From Myxococcales bacterium (GTDB taxonomy: Bacteria > Myxococcota > Myxococcia > Myxococcales > Anaeromyxobacteraceae), in assembly GCA_038320275.1 (NCBI GenBank), contig JBBQEB010000008.1, positions 1 through 49,318 on the forward strand: a DNA stretch of 49,318 nucleotides, written 5' to 3'. Under the pieces are notes generated by a model that saw only the letters and a program-made list of their open reading frames with translations, was not told the origin of the DNA and did no database searches. The translations under genes and the position numbers were made by a program. Of this stretch, positions 19,281 to 30,069 are shown piece by piece. Within the stretch, counting starts at the first letter, position 1, and every line of letters starts with the position of its first letter.

Positions 19281-20168
19281 CTACGCCGCTCCGCCACGGG
19301 GGGCGAGCGGGTTGTATCCAGCGGCTTCATACCCGTGCTCCCCGACCAGCAGATCGAGCACGAGCGCTGCGGCCTCGTCGGCGAGCGGCTCCGCGCCGTG
19401 CGCCACCGCCAGGTCGAAGACCTTCACGTAACCGTGGCAGGCCTCGCACACCTCTGCTTCGATCCCGCGGGGTCCCTCGGGAGAGGGCTCGAGGCCCAGG
19501 TACGAGATCTGGGCCGTGTCGCCGCAGCGGACGCAGCGAACGCGCGGCAGGTGCCACTCGGTGCCGCAAAGACAGCAGGCGAGGTACCGCAATCGATCGT
19601 CGCCGAGCACGAGACTCGACACCGGCGGCGCGCCGCAGACGGGGCAGCGCGCGGGAGCGGAGCGCGGAGCGGCCAGCGCGGTCGCATCGAGCCCGGCGGC
19701 GACGAGCGTCGCGGAGAGCTGAAGCGCCGCGCCCGTGAAGGGAGTCGCGGCGAGGTCGCGGGAGCGACCGGCCAGGATGTCCTCGAGGGCGAGGTGCAGC
19801 TCGGCCTCGCCCGCCGCTTCGAGTCGGCCAAGCGCCGCGGCGGCAGGGGCGGGGAGGTTCCCGGACCGCGCGGCGGCGAGGATGGCGGGGAGGAACCGCG
19901 CCGCAGCCGGGAGAAGGTTCGGCGATGGAGCCGTCGCGGTCGCGGTCGAGGTCGCTGTGGCGTTCGGCCGGTCGCCGACGCGCGCCGGCTCGGTCGCCTG
20001 CCTCTGCTGCGCCCTCACCAGCCGCGCCAGGAGTTGCAGCCAGTCCTCGGCCGCGTGCCCCTCGGCCAGCCCCTCCAGCCGCTCCGCACGTTCCTCGAAG
20101 AGAGCCGCGGGCTCCGGCAGCCGCACGCCCACGATCTCCCCGAGCGCGTCGCGCGAGCGCCTTTTCAC
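19281..20168 (-). CDS. fdhE: Formate dehydrogenase accessory protein FdhE
   Basis: CPVCG, RYLACCLC.TEW...R..C..C and CEAC..Y.K Cys motifs; start overlaps the fdnI stop. Confidence 0.9.
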   Translation of the reverse strand: MKRRSRDALGEIVGVRLPEPAALFEERAERLEGLAEGHAAEDWLQLLARLVRAQQRQATEPARVGDRPNATATSTATATAPSPNLLPAAARFLPAILAAARSGNLPAPAAAALGRLEAAGEAELHLALEDILAGRSRDLAATPFTGAALQLSATLVAAGLDATALAAPRSAPARCPVCGAPPVSSLVLGDDRLRYLACCLCGTEWHLPRVRCVRCGDTAQISYLGLEPSPEGPRGIEAEVCEACHGYVKVFDLAVAHGAEPLADEAAALVLDLLVGEHGYEAAGYNPLAPRGGAA

Positions 20169-20863
20169 CGCTGGTCCTTCCCCGTCACCTTCTCGTACCA
20201 GACCGGGTGGTGGTAGCGGGCCCAGCGCCGGGTCACCCAGCCGCGCGTCATCGCGCGCATGGAGCCGCGGGTCCAGAGCGCCGCGTACACGTGCACTCCG
20301 ATCCCCACGAACATGACGAAGGCGATGATGGCGTGGATGATGGCCCCCGCCCGGCGGACGGGGATGGAGAAGGACGGCGCGAAGTAGGGCCGCCAGATGA
20401 GGAACCCCGAGACGAGGAGCCCGGCCACGCAGGCCACCATCGACCAGTACATGAGCTTCTGGCCGGCGTTGTATTTTCCCTCCACGGGCGTCTCGTCGAC
20501 GCCGTTCATGTAGGCGAACATCCCGCGCAGCCAGCGGCGGTCGGAGGGCAGGATGAGGTTCGCCCGCCAGAGCCGGCTCGCGTAGGCGAAGAAGAGCACC
20601 GCGATCCCTGCCCCGAAGAACGGGTGCAGGATCCGCATCATCGTCGGCGAGCCGAACAGCGCCGAGGTCCAGAAGAAGAACGGGTGGAAGAGGGCGAGCC
20701 CCGAGAGGAAGAGCAGCACGTAGAGCAGCGCCACCGCCCAGTGCGTGAGCCGTTCACCCTCGGTGTATCGGCGGACCGCGTCGGGCGGCCGATCGGTGGC
20801 GAAGGCGTGGTGGGGGCGCCGGGCGCCTGCAGCAGACGGCGGGGGCAGGTTGGGATCGGCCAT
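20165..20863 (-). CDS. fdnI: Formate dehydrogenase gamma subunit (cytochrome b)
   Basis: ERLTHW, RILHPF, GKYNAGQK and C-terminal WA..HHP.WY motifs; four TM helices. Confidence 0.93.
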   Translation of the reverse strand: MADPNLPPPSAAGARRPHHAFATDRPPDAVRRYTEGERLTHWAVALLYVLLFLSGLALFHPFFFWTSALFGSPTMMRILHPFFGAGIAVLFFAYASRLWRANLILPSDRRWLRGMFAYMNGVDETPVEGKYNAGQKLMYWSMVACVAGLLVSGFLIWRPYFAPSFSIPVRRAGAIIHAIIAFVMFVGIGVHVYAALWTRGSMRAMTRGWVTRRWARYHHPVWYEKVTGKDQR

Positions 20864-20865
20864 GG

Positions 20866-21744
20866 TCACTCCTCCTTGCCGTCGGCGCGCCCGTCGGGAT
20901 CGACCGGACCGACCTTCATCCAGTGGAAGAACCCGGCCACCAGGACCGAGGCCATGGTGACGACGCCCAGCCCGCGGGCGAAGCTGCTCCTCCACACGGA
21001 CACGGTGGGAGAGATGCGGGCGTCCTTGGGGAAGCCGTACAGCTCCGGATCGCCGTGCGGCATGACGTACACCACGTGCGTCCCGGAGACGCCCGCCGGG
21101 TCGTACACCGCGGCCCTGTCGTACCCCCGCTCGACGAGCTCTCGGACGCGCTCGCCGGCCAGGTGGAGCATGTCGCTCTTGGCCCCGAAGGAGAGGCACT
21201 GCGTCGGGCAGGTCTTGATGCAGGCGGGCTCGAGCCCCACCGCCACACGGTCCGAGCAGAGCGTGCACTTGTACGCCTTGCCGTCCTTGCGGCCGAAGCG
21301 CGGGATGTCGAAGGGGCAGCCCGCCTGGCAGTAGCCGCAGCCGATGCAGGCGTCCTGGTTGAAGTCGACGATGCCGTTCGAGTACTGCACGACGGCTCCC
21401 GGCGCCGGGCAGGCGCGCAGGCAGCCCGGATCGGAGCAGTGCAGGCACCCGTCCTTCACGATGAGCCAGGAGAGCCCCTTGGGCGGCAGCTCCTTCTCGT
21501 GGAAGCGCATCACCGTCCAGGTCTGGTCGGTGAGGTCGGGTGGGTTGGCATAAGTGCCCTCCTGCAAGCCAATGTCGTCGCGGAGGTCGTTCCACTCCAT
21601 GCAGGCGGCCTGGCAGGCCTTGCAGCCGATGCAGCGGGAGATGTCGATGAGCTTCGCCACCTCGAGGCGCTTGCGCGCGCTGGGCGAGGTGGTCTCGGTG
21701 GCGGACCGGCGGACGACGTCGCTCGTCTCGTTGGAGATTGCCAT
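20866..21744 (-). CDS. fdnH: Formate dehydrogenase beta (Fe-S) subunit
   Basis: CIGCKACQAAC, CLHC.DPGC..AC, CIGCGYC...CP, KCTLC.DR...PAC..TCP; C-terminal TM anchor. Confidence 0.95.
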   Translation of the reverse strand: MAISNETSDVVRRSATETTSPSARKRLEVAKLIDISRCIGCKACQAACMEWNDLRDDIGLQEGTYANPPDLTDQTWTVMRFHEKELPPKGLSWLIVKDGCLHCSDPGCLRACPAPGAVVQYSNGIVDFNQDACIGCGYCQAGCPFDIPRFGRKDGKAYKCTLCSDRVAVGLEPACIKTCPTQCLSFGAKSDMLHLAGERVRELVERGYDRAAVYDPAGVSGTHVVYVMPHGDPELYGFPKDARISPTVSVWRSSFARGLGVVTMASVLVAGFFHWMKVGPVDPDGRADGKEE

Positions 21745-21755
21745 GTCCGCCTCTC

Positions 21756-24700
21756 CTAGACCTTCTCGACGTTCACGATGAACGCCTTGAACTCGGGCGT
21801 CTGGACGTTGGCGTCGCCCACGTACGGGGTGAGCGTGTTCGCGAGGTACCCAGGCTTGGTCAGCCCCTCGAACCCCCAGTGGATCGGGATCCCCACCGTG
21901 TGCACGGTCTTGCCCGCGATCTGGAGCGGCCCGATGCGCCTCGTCACCACCGCCTTCGCCACGATGGACCCGCGCTTCGAGCGCACCCGCACCTTGTCGC
22001 CCTCTCGGATGCCCTTCTCCTTGGCCAGCGCCTCGCCGATCTCCACGAACTGCTCGGGCTGCAGGATGGCGGGGATGCGCGCGTGCTTCGTCCAGAAGTG
22101 GAAGTGCTCGGTGAGCCGGTAGGTGGTGGCCGCGTGCGGGAACTCCTCGGAAGTGCCGAGCATGGCCCTGTCTTCCTTGAAGATCCGCGCCGCCGGATTG
22201 TTCCGGGCGAGCGGCGACTTGTGCATGGGATTGCCCGCGATGGGGCTCTCGAACGGCTCGTAGTGCTCGGGGAAGGGGCCGTCGACCATCTTGTCCGCGC
22301 CGAAGAGCCGGCCCACGCCCTCGGGGAGCAGGATGAAGGGGGCCATCCCGGCCGAGGGTGGCACGTCCGGCTTGTAGTCGGGTACGTCGGCGCCAACCCA
22401 TTTCTCGCCGGTCCAGCGGACCAGCGTCCGGCTCGCGTCCCAGGGCTTCCCGGCAGGATCGCAGGAGGCGACGTTGTAGAGGACCCGGCGATTGGCCGGC
22501 CAGGCCCAGGCCCAGCCCGGAGCGAGCCCGAGCCCGCTGGGATCGTCGGGGTCGCGGCGCGCCATGAGGTTCTTGTCGGTGTAACACCCGCAGTAGATCC
22601 AGCACCCGCACGCCGTCGTGCCGTCGTCTCGCAACAGCCCGAAGGTGGTGAGCTGATCGCCCTTCTTGGCGAGGGTCTTCGACGGGTCGGCGGGGTCGGG
22701 CAGGTCGGCCAGCGCGCGCCCGTTGTACTCCCGCGCGAGCTCCTCGGGCGAAGGGCTCGCTGGCCGTTGGTACGGCCAGGTGAGCTTCAGGATGGGGTCC
22801 GGGGTCTTGCCGCCCTCCTTGGCGTAGAGCTCCTTCACCCGGTGGAAGATGCCGGCGATGATCTCGGCGTCACCCCAGGCGTCTCCCGGCGCGGCCGCGC
22901 CCTTGTGGTGCCACTGCAGCCAGCGGGATGAGTTGGTGAGCGAGCCGTCCTCCTCCGCGAAGCAGGTGGAGGGCAGCCGGAACACCTCGGTCTGGATCTT
23001 CGACGGGTCGACCGGGTTGTGGTCCCCAGCGTTCTTCCAGAAGCTGGCCGTCTCGGTGGCGAGGGGGTCGATGCTCACGAGGAATTTCAGCCTGGAGAGG
23101 GCCTCGGTGACCTTGGCCTTGTTCGGCACCGAGGCGAGCGGATTGAAGCCCTGGCACAGGTAGCCGTTCACCTTCCCCTGGTGCATGAGGTCGAAGACGG
23201 TGAGGACGTCGTAGAGCTTGTCGAGCTTGGGCAGGTAGTCGTAAGCGAAGCCGTTCTCCTTCGTGGCCGCGTCGCCCCACCACGACTTCATGAGCGAGAC
23301 GTAGAACTTGCCGTAGTTCTGCCAGTAGCTCATCTGCCCCGGCCGCAGCGGCTTCAGCGCCCGCGCCTCCACGTACCGTGCGGAATCGGCCTCGCTCTCC
23401 TTCGGGATGGTGAGGTAGCCGGGCAACAGGTCGGAGAGGACGCCCAGGTCCGTGAGCCCCTGGATGTTGGAGTGGCCGCGGAGCGCGTTCACGCCGCCGC
23501 CCGCCATGCCCATGTTGCCGAGCAGGAGCTGGATCATGGCCATCGAGCGGATGTTCTGCGCCCCGACGGAGTGCTGGGTCCAGCCGAGCGCGTAGAGGCT
23601 CGTCATGGTGCGGTTGGGCACGGAGGTGCTCGCCACGAGCTCGCACACCTGGTGGAACTTCGCGACGTCGGCGCCGGTGACGCTCGCCACCACCTCGGGC
23701 GTGTAGCGCGAAACGTGCTTCAGGAGGAGCTGGTAGACGCAGCGTGGATGCTGGAAGGTGGGGTCCACCTTGGCGAACCCGTCCGGCCCGAGCTCGTAGG
23801 CCCAGGTCGCCTTGTCGTAGCTCCGAGCGGCCTCGTCGTACCCGGAGAACAGCCCGTCGTCGAACCCGTAGGCCTCCCGCACGATGAACGACGCGTTGGT
23901 GAACGCCTTCACGTATTCGTGCTGGATCCGGCCGTTTTCGAGCAGGTACTTCATGATGCCGGACAGGAACGCGATGTCGCTCCCGGGCCGGATCTGCACG
24001 TACAGGTCGGCCACCGCGGCGGTGCGCGTGAAGCGCGGGTCCACCACGATGAGCTGTGCCTTGTTGTGCACCTTGGCCTCGGTCACCCACTTGAAGCCGC
24101 AGGGGTGCGCCTCGGCGGGATTGCCTCCCATCACCATCACGACGTTGGCGTTCTTGATGTCTGTCCAGTGATTGGTCATCGCGCCACGGCCGAACGAGGT
24201 GGCCAGACCGGCCACCGTGGGTCCGTGTCAAACACGCGCCTGGTTGTCGATGGCGACCACCCCCATGGATCGGAACGCCTTGTGCGTGAGGTAGCCGGTC
24301 TCGTTGGAGGCGGCGCTCGCGGCGAGCACGCCGAAGGTCGGCCAGCGGTTGACGGTGACACCCTTCGCGTTGCGCTCCACGAAGTTGGCGTCGCGATCGT
24401 CCTTCATGAGCCGCGCGATCCGGTCGAGCGCCCAGCTCCACTCCACCCGCTTCCACTCGTTCGAGCCCGGCGCGCGGTGCTCCGGCTGCACCAGCCGGTC
24501 GGGGCTGTTCACGAAGTCGAGCAGGCTCGCGCCCTTGGGGCAGAGCGTGCCGCGGTTGACCGGATGGTCGGCGTCGCCCTCGACGTGGACGATCTTCGAC
24601 CTCGTGTTCTTGGCCCCGTCACCGAGCGCGTACAGGACGATGCCGCATCCCACCGAGCAGTAGGGGCAGGTATTGCGCGTCTCGCGGGTGCGGGCGAGCT

Positions 24701-24815
24701 TGAACTGGCGGGTCTGCGCCAGCACCGGCTCCGGCGCGAAGCCGAGCGCGGCCAGGCTGGTCGCGCCCACGGTGGTCGCGGAGAGCTGAAGGAATCGCCT
24801 GCGCGTGACGTCCAT
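21756..24815 (-). CDS. fdnG: Selenocysteine-containing formate dehydrogenase alpha subunit (Tat-exported molybdoenzyme)
   Basis: ORFs 24228..24815 and 21756..24215 are in the same frame, joined through TGA 24228-24230 in NQARV-U-HGPTVAGL; Tat motif TRRRFL; CPYCSVGC Fe-S motif. Confidence 0.95.
24198..24230 (-). promoter_or_regulatory. Sec UGA codon and bacterial SECIS hairpin
   Basis: UGA, 11 nt, then stem GGUGGCC / GGCCACC with loop GGUCU. Confidence 0.88.
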
Positions 24816-24920
24816 GAGATCCTCCCGGGGGAACGCCCACGCTACGCCTCGCGGAGAGACCAGAAAAAGTCCCGCGAGGTTCCTCTTTTGGGGAGGCCGA
24901 ATCCGCGGAGCGCAAGAGAA

Positions 24921-24934
24921 TTGACGAGCGTCAA
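24921..24934. promoter_or_regulatory. FNR/CRP-family binding site candidate
   Basis: Inverted repeat TTGAC-GAGC-GTCAA (FNR consensus TTGAT-N4-ATCAA) between divergent fdnG and the ABC permease. Confidence 0.65.
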
Positions 24935-24972
24935 GTCGCGCGGACGTCGGCCTCGCTCTAAGAGGACGCGCA

Positions 24973-26730
24973 GTGGACGGAGCTCAGCTCATGCGCCGGG
25001 TCCTGCACCCCTTCGGTCAGGCCGCGCCGGCAGCCGCGCCCCGCCGGGCCGGTTTCACCGATCTCGCCCTGGTCGCCGCGATGGGCGGCGCCATCTTCGG
25101 CCTCACCCGGCTTGCACGGGAGTGGACGGGCGCCCTGCGGCCAGCGGTGGAGATCGACCTCGCCGTCCGCGCCTTGCCCGGCTACGCGCTGCTCTCGTTG
25201 TCGCGCGGGCTCGCCGCCTACGTCCTCTCGCTCGCGTTCACCCTCGCCTATGGCTACTGGGCGGCGAAGGATCGGGTCGCCGAGCGGGTGCTGGTCCCGG
25301 CGCTCGACATCTTGCAGTCCATCCCGGTGCTGGGCTTCATGCCCGGGCTCGTCCTCGGCCTGGTGGCGGTCTTCCCGGGCAGCAACGTCGGCCTCGAGCT
25401 CGCCTCGATCATCATGATCTTCACGGGCCAGGCCTGGAACATGACGTTCAGCTTCTACCACTCGCTTCGCTCGGTCCCGGCCGACCTGCAGGAGGTGGCG
25501 ACCCTCTCCCGCTTCGGCTGGTGGCAGCGGCTGCGCTGGGTGGAGCTCCCCTTCGCCGCCATCGGCCTCGTCTGGAACAGCATGATGAGCATGGCGGGGG
25601 GCTGGTTCTTCCTCACGGTGAGCGAGGCGTTCGTGCTGGGCGACCAGGACTTCAGGCTCCCCGGCCTGGGGTCCTACATGAGCGTGGCGGTGGCGCGGGG
25701 CGACGGCCGCGCCATGGCGGCGGCGGTGATCGCCATGTCCCTCATGATCATCGCGCTCGACCAGCTCCTCTGGAGGCCGGTGGTGGTCTGGGCCCAGAAG
25801 TTCAGGGTCGAGGAGAGCGGGCAAGCGGAGGAGATGCGCTCGTGGTCTCTCGAGCTGCTCCGGCGCTCCAGGCTCCTGCCCTGGGCGAGCGCGGTGCTCC
25901 GCGCTGCGGGGCGGGCGATCGCCGCCGCCTGGCCGGCCCAGGCTCCGGCGGTCCAGCGCGCCCCGAGCCGTCCCGGCAGGCGCTCCGCCGTCCTCTCCTG
26001 GACGCTCTTCGGCGCGCTGCTGGCCGTGCTCTCCTGGGGTACCTTCGAGCTCCTGCGCCTCCTGCGAGTCGTGCCGCTCGGGGACTGGAGCGGCATCGCC
26101 GGCTCGGGCCTCCTCACGCTCGGCCGCGTCGCGCTCGCCGTCGCGCTGGGCACGCTCTGGACCTTGCCCGCCGGGCTCGCCATCGGCCTTTCCCCCAAGC
26201 TCTCGCGCATCCTCCAGCCGGTGGTGCAGGTGGTGGCGTCCTTTCCCGCGCCCATGCTCTTCCCGGCGGTGGTGGTGGCGCTCTCCGCCATCCACGTCGG
26301 GCTGGGGTGGGGCAGCGTCGTCCTCATGCTGCTCGGCACGCAGTGGTACGTGCTCTTCAACGTCATCGCCGGGGCATCGTCCATCCCCGCCGACCTGCGC
26401 GAGGCCTGCCGGATCTACCGCATGGGCGCGGCGCAGCGCTTCCGGGTGCTCTATCTGCCGGCCGTATTTCCATACCTCGTCACCGGCTGGGTCACCGCCG
26501 CCGGCGGCGCCTGGAACGCCAGCATCGTGTCGGAGTACATGACCTTCCGCGGCCAGGTGCTCTCGGCCAACGGCCTCGGCGCCCGCATCAGCGCCTCCGC
26601 GGCGAGCGGCCAGTTCGCCGCGCTAGCCGCCTCCATCACCGTCATGGCGGCGCTGGTCGCCGTCGTGAACCGGCTCCTGTGGCGGCGCCTGCACCGCGCC
26701 GCCGAGGAGCGGTTCTCGCTCGCGCGATAG
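24973..26730 (+). CDS. NitT/TauT-family ABC permease with two fused TM modules
   Basis: LDILQSIPVLGF, QAWNMTFSFY and second module ASFPAPMLFP..GTQWYVLFNVIAG..GGAWNASIVSE. Alternative start ATG 24991. Confidence 0.9.
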   Translation: MDGAQLMRRVLHPFGQAAPAAAPRRAGFTDLALVAAMGGAIFGLTRLAREWTGALRPAVEIDLAVRALPGYALLSLSRGLAAYVLSLAFTLAYGYWAAKDRVAERVLVPALDILQSIPVLGFMPGLVLGLVAVFPGSNVGLELASIIMIFTGQAWNMTFSFYHSLRSVPADLQEVATLSRFGWWQRLRWVELPFAAIGLVWNSMMSMAGGWFFLTVSEAFVLGDQDFRLPGLGSYMSVAVARGDGRAMAAAVIAMSLMIIALDQLLWRPVVVWAQKFRVEESGQAEEMRSWSLELLRRSRLLPWASAVLRAAGRAIAAAWPAQAPAVQRAPSRPGRRSAVLSWTLFGALLAVLSWGTFELLRLLRVVPLGDWSGIAGSGLLTLGRVALAVALGTLWTLPAGLAIGLSPKLSRILQPVVQVVASFPAPMLFPAVVVALSAIHVGLGWGSVVLMLLGTQWYVLFNVIAGASSIPADLREACRIYRMGAAQRFRVLYLPAVFPYLVTGWVTAAGGAWNASIVSEYMTFRGQVLSANGLGARISASAASGQFAALAASITVMAALVAVVNRLLWRRLHRAAEERFSLAR

Positions 26731-26741
26731 GATCCCGAGAG

Positions 26742-28043
26742 ATGCCCGCCCTCCCGGTGCCCACTGCTCCGCCCTCGCAGGTGCTCTGCGAGCTGCGCCA
26801 CGTCGACAAGGAGTTTCCCCACGGCAATGGGACCCCGCTGCGCGTGCTGCAGGACGTCTCCCTCGCCATCCGCCCGGGCGAGGTGGTGGCGCTGCTCGGC
26901 CCCTCCGGCTGCGGGAAGTCCACCATCCTGAGAGTCCTGGCGGGGCTCACCCCCGCCACCCAGGGCGAGGTGCTCTACCACGGCGCGCCGCTCGTCGGCC
27001 TCAACCCGGGCATCGGCTTCGTCTTCCAGAGCTTCGCCCTCTATCCCTGGATGTCGGTGAAGGAGAACGTCGAGGCGGTCCTCCGCGCGAAGGGGCTCCC
27101 GTCCGGCGAGGTCGCCGCCAGGGCGTCGAGCGCCATCGCCACGGTGGGGCTGGCCGCCTTCGTGAACGCCTACCCGCGGGAGCTCTCCGGAGGGATGAAG
27201 CAGCGGGTGGGCATGGCGCGGGCGCTCTCCCTCGACCCCGAGACCCTCTTCATGGACGAGCCGTTCAGCCAGGTGGACGCGCTCACGGCGGAGACGCTGC
27301 GCGCCGAGGTCATCGACATCTGGTCGGCGGAGGGAAAGAACCCGTCCTCCATCGTGATGGTGAGCCACGACATCAAGGAGGTCGCCTTCATGGCCGACCG
27401 CATCGTGGTGCTCGACGCCAACCCGGGCCGGGTGCGGACGGTGGTGGAGAACGCGCTCCCAAGACCGCGCGACTATCGCTCGGCGGGACTGCTCGAGCTG
27501 GTGGACCGGCTGCACGACATCATCACCGGCATCGAGATGCCCGACGCGGTGGCGAGCCCTGCTCCGGCCGTCGTCGAGCCCCTCCCCATCGTGAAGCCGG
27601 GAGAGATCTTCGGGCTCCTCGAATACCTCGATGCCCGCGGGGGCAAGGACGACGTGTTCCGCATCGCCTCGGACATGAACGCAGAGTACGGGCGGCTCAT
27701 CTCGGTGGTGAACGCGGCCGAGCTGCTCGACCTGGTCGACACGCCGCGGCGGATGGTGATGCTCTCGCCGGGAGGGAAGCGGCTGGTGCAGGCGGGGCCG
27801 GCGGAGCGGACCGCGCTCTGGCGCGAGCACGTCCTGCAGCTCCGGCTCTTCCAGCTCGTGGACGAGGCGCTGCATCGCCAGAAGGATCACCAGATCGACC
27901 GCGACTTCGTCCTCGAGCTCGTCGCCGTTTACATGCCCAACGACGACTACGAGGCGGTCTTCGACACCTTCGTGAAGTGGGCTCAGCTCGCGCAGCTCTG
28001 CGACTACGACGAGGAAAAGGAGACGCTCCGGCTCATCGGTTGA
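26742..28043 (+). CDS. NitT/TauT-family ABC ATPase with C-terminal AAA-associated extension
   Basis: GPSGCGKST, LSGGMKQR, FMDEPFS, SHD motifs; real gene is the 3' end of ORF 23019..28043. Confidence 0.92.
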   Translation: MPALPVPTAPPSQVLCELRHVDKEFPHGNGTPLRVLQDVSLAIRPGEVVALLGPSGCGKSTILRVLAGLTPATQGEVLYHGAPLVGLNPGIGFVFQSFALYPWMSVKENVEAVLRAKGLPSGEVAARASSAIATVGLAAFVNAYPRELSGGMKQRVGMARALSLDPETLFMDEPFSQVDALTAETLRAEVIDIWSAEGKNPSSIVMVSHDIKEVAFMADRIVVLDANPGRVRTVVENALPRPRDYRSAGLLELVDRLHDIITGIEMPDAVASPAPAVVEPLPIVKPGEIFGLLEYLDARGGKDDVFRIASDMNAEYGRLISVVNAAELLDLVDTPRRMVMLSPGGKRLVQAGPAERTALWREHVLQLRLFQLVDEALHRQKDHQIDRDFVLELVAVYMPNDDYEAVFDTFVKWAQLAQLCDYDEEKETLRLIG

Positions 28044-28083
28044 GAACCTACGGCAGGAACTCCCAGGGGCCACTTCTACTCGT

Positions 28084-29673
28084 TCAGCGGGGCACCTTCG
28101 CGGCGCCTCCGGCGGCAGGCTTCGCCTCGGGGAAGCCGCGGTGGCGCATCAGCGCGCCGATGCCTGGATCGCGACCTCGGAAGGCGCGGTAGCCCTCCGC
28201 GGGATCGACCGAGTTCCCCACCGAGAACACATGCTGTCGAAGCCGGGCGGCCACCGCCTTGTCGTACGGACCGCCAGCCTCGGTGAACGCCTCGTAGGCG
28301 TCGGCGGCGAGCGTGTCCGCCCACAGGTAGCTGTAGTACCCGGCGGAATAGCCGTCGCTCGCGAAGAGGTGCGCGAACTGCGGCGTGCGGTGGCGCATCA
28401 CGATCTCGCGCGGCATGCCGAGCGCGGCGAGCGTCTCCTTCTCGAACGCCCCAGGCTCGATGGGGCGCGCGCCGGCGAGGTGGAGCTTCATGTCGACGAG
28501 CGCCGAGGAGAGGTACTCCACCGTCTTGAACCCCTGGTTGAACTTCGAGGCCCGTTCGAGCTTCTTCACCAGCTCGGCCGGCATGGGCTTCCCCGTCTTC
28601 ACGTTCAAGGCGAAGCGGTTCAAGACCTCGGGCGTCTGCAGCCACCGCTCGAGGAGCTGGGAGGGGAGCTCCACGTCGTCGCGGGAGACGTTGGTGCCTG
28701 AGAGGGTGGATAGGTGACGTTCGACGACAGCCCATGCAGCGCGTGGCCGAACTCGTGGAAGAGGGTGCGCGCGTCCGCCCAGCTCACCAGCACGGGGTCG
28801 CCGGGCTTGCCCTTCACGAAGTTGGCGTTGTTCGACACGAGCGTGACGACCTCGCCGTCGAGCCGCTCCTGGTCGCGATAGGCGGTCATCCAGGCGCCGG
28901 AGCGCTTGCCGTCGCGCGCGTAAGGATCGAAGTACCAGACGCCGACGAGCCTGCCCTTGCCATTCTTCACCTCGAACGCGCGCACGTCGGGATGGAAGAC
29001 GGGCACTCCGGCCGCGGGGGTGAAGTGCAGGTCGAGGAGCTCCCCCGCGACCCAGAACATCCCCTCGCGCAGCTTTTCGAGCTGCAGGTAGGGCTTCACC
29101 TCCGCCTCGTCGAGGTCGTACTTCTCCTTGCGGACCTTCTCCGCGTAGAAGCGGTAGTCCCAGGGCTCGATGGTGAGCTTCGCCCCCTCGCGATCGGCCA
29201 CCGCCTGCATGTCGCGCACCTCCTCGCGCACGCGGGCCACCGCCGCCGGCCAGACCGCCTCCATGAGCCCCATGGCGCGCTCGGGCGTCTTCGCCGTCGA
29301 GTCCTCCAGGCGCCAGTGCGCATGGGTGGGGTAACCGAGGAGCTTCGCCCGCTCGGCGCGCAGCGCGAGGATCTCGGCGACGACGGCCTTGTTGTCGTCG
29401 GCATCGCCATGGTCGCCGCGCGAGACGAAGGCGCGCCAGACCTTTTCGCGGAGGCCGCGCCGGGTGGAGGTCTCGAGGAAGGGCTCCACGCTGGAGCGGG
29501 TGTTCTGCAGCGCCCAGGCGCCCTTCTTTCCGCGCGACTCCGCCGCTGCGGCCGCCGACGCCCGGAACGATGTCGACAGTCCGGCCAGATCCCGTTCGCC
29601 TGTGAGGAGGACGAAGCTCGACTCGTCGGCGAGGAGGTTCTGGGTGAACCGGGTGAAGAGCGAGAAGCGGCAC
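28084..29673 (-). pseudogene. Disrupted M3 metallopeptidase (peptidyl-dipeptidase Dcp-like)
   Basis: One frame gives SLFTRFTQNLLADE...KRSGAWM...TLFHEFGHALHGL..NVTYP; another continues TLSGTNVSRD.VELPSQ...GYSAGYYSYLWA. Frameshift near 28708; N-terminal part missing. Confidence 0.88.
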
Positions 29674-30036
29674 GTGCGACCTCCGGAGTTGGGGCCGGGT
29701 TGTAACGGGAGGCGCGGCGGGGGGGCGGGTTATCGCGGCGTAGGCCAGCCGGGCTGGAGCGAGGGGTCAGAGAATGCCGTGGCATGGCGGGCAGCCCCCG
29801 GCAACCCGGGGAAGCCGCCTGCACAAGGGTCCTCGCCAAACCCGGTTCATGCGCCTGAACCAGTTTCCCCCTCCCCATGTGTCAGCGTGTGTCGCTGGTA
29901 TCCGTTCACGATGCCGGCGAGGAGCGCGTCGGCCGGGAGGCGGCTGGGCGCGACGACGGGTGGGTCGCGCCGGCGGGCCCAGGCGGGCACGTCCGTCGAT
30001 CGACTCGCAGCAATAGCCTCCCAATCAAGGTGGCGG

Positions 30037-30069
30037 TTGGTATCACCTTGGTATCACCTTGGTATGACC
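30037..30069. repeat. Three tandem 11-bp repeats TTGGTATCACC
   Basis: ttggtatcacc ttggtatcacc ttggtatgacc, ending 44 nt upstream of the HNH ATG. Confidence 0.95.

Noticed and set aside
23019..26741. N-terminal ~1240 codons of the 1674-aa ORF
   Set aside because: Shadow of fdnG (antisense) and an off-frame reading of the permease; only 26742..28043 is a real gene.
29725..29830. TTATC...CCCGGCAACC resembling a SAM-I riboswitch
   Set aside because: Other conserved SAM-I elements are absent and no sulfur or methionine gene follows.
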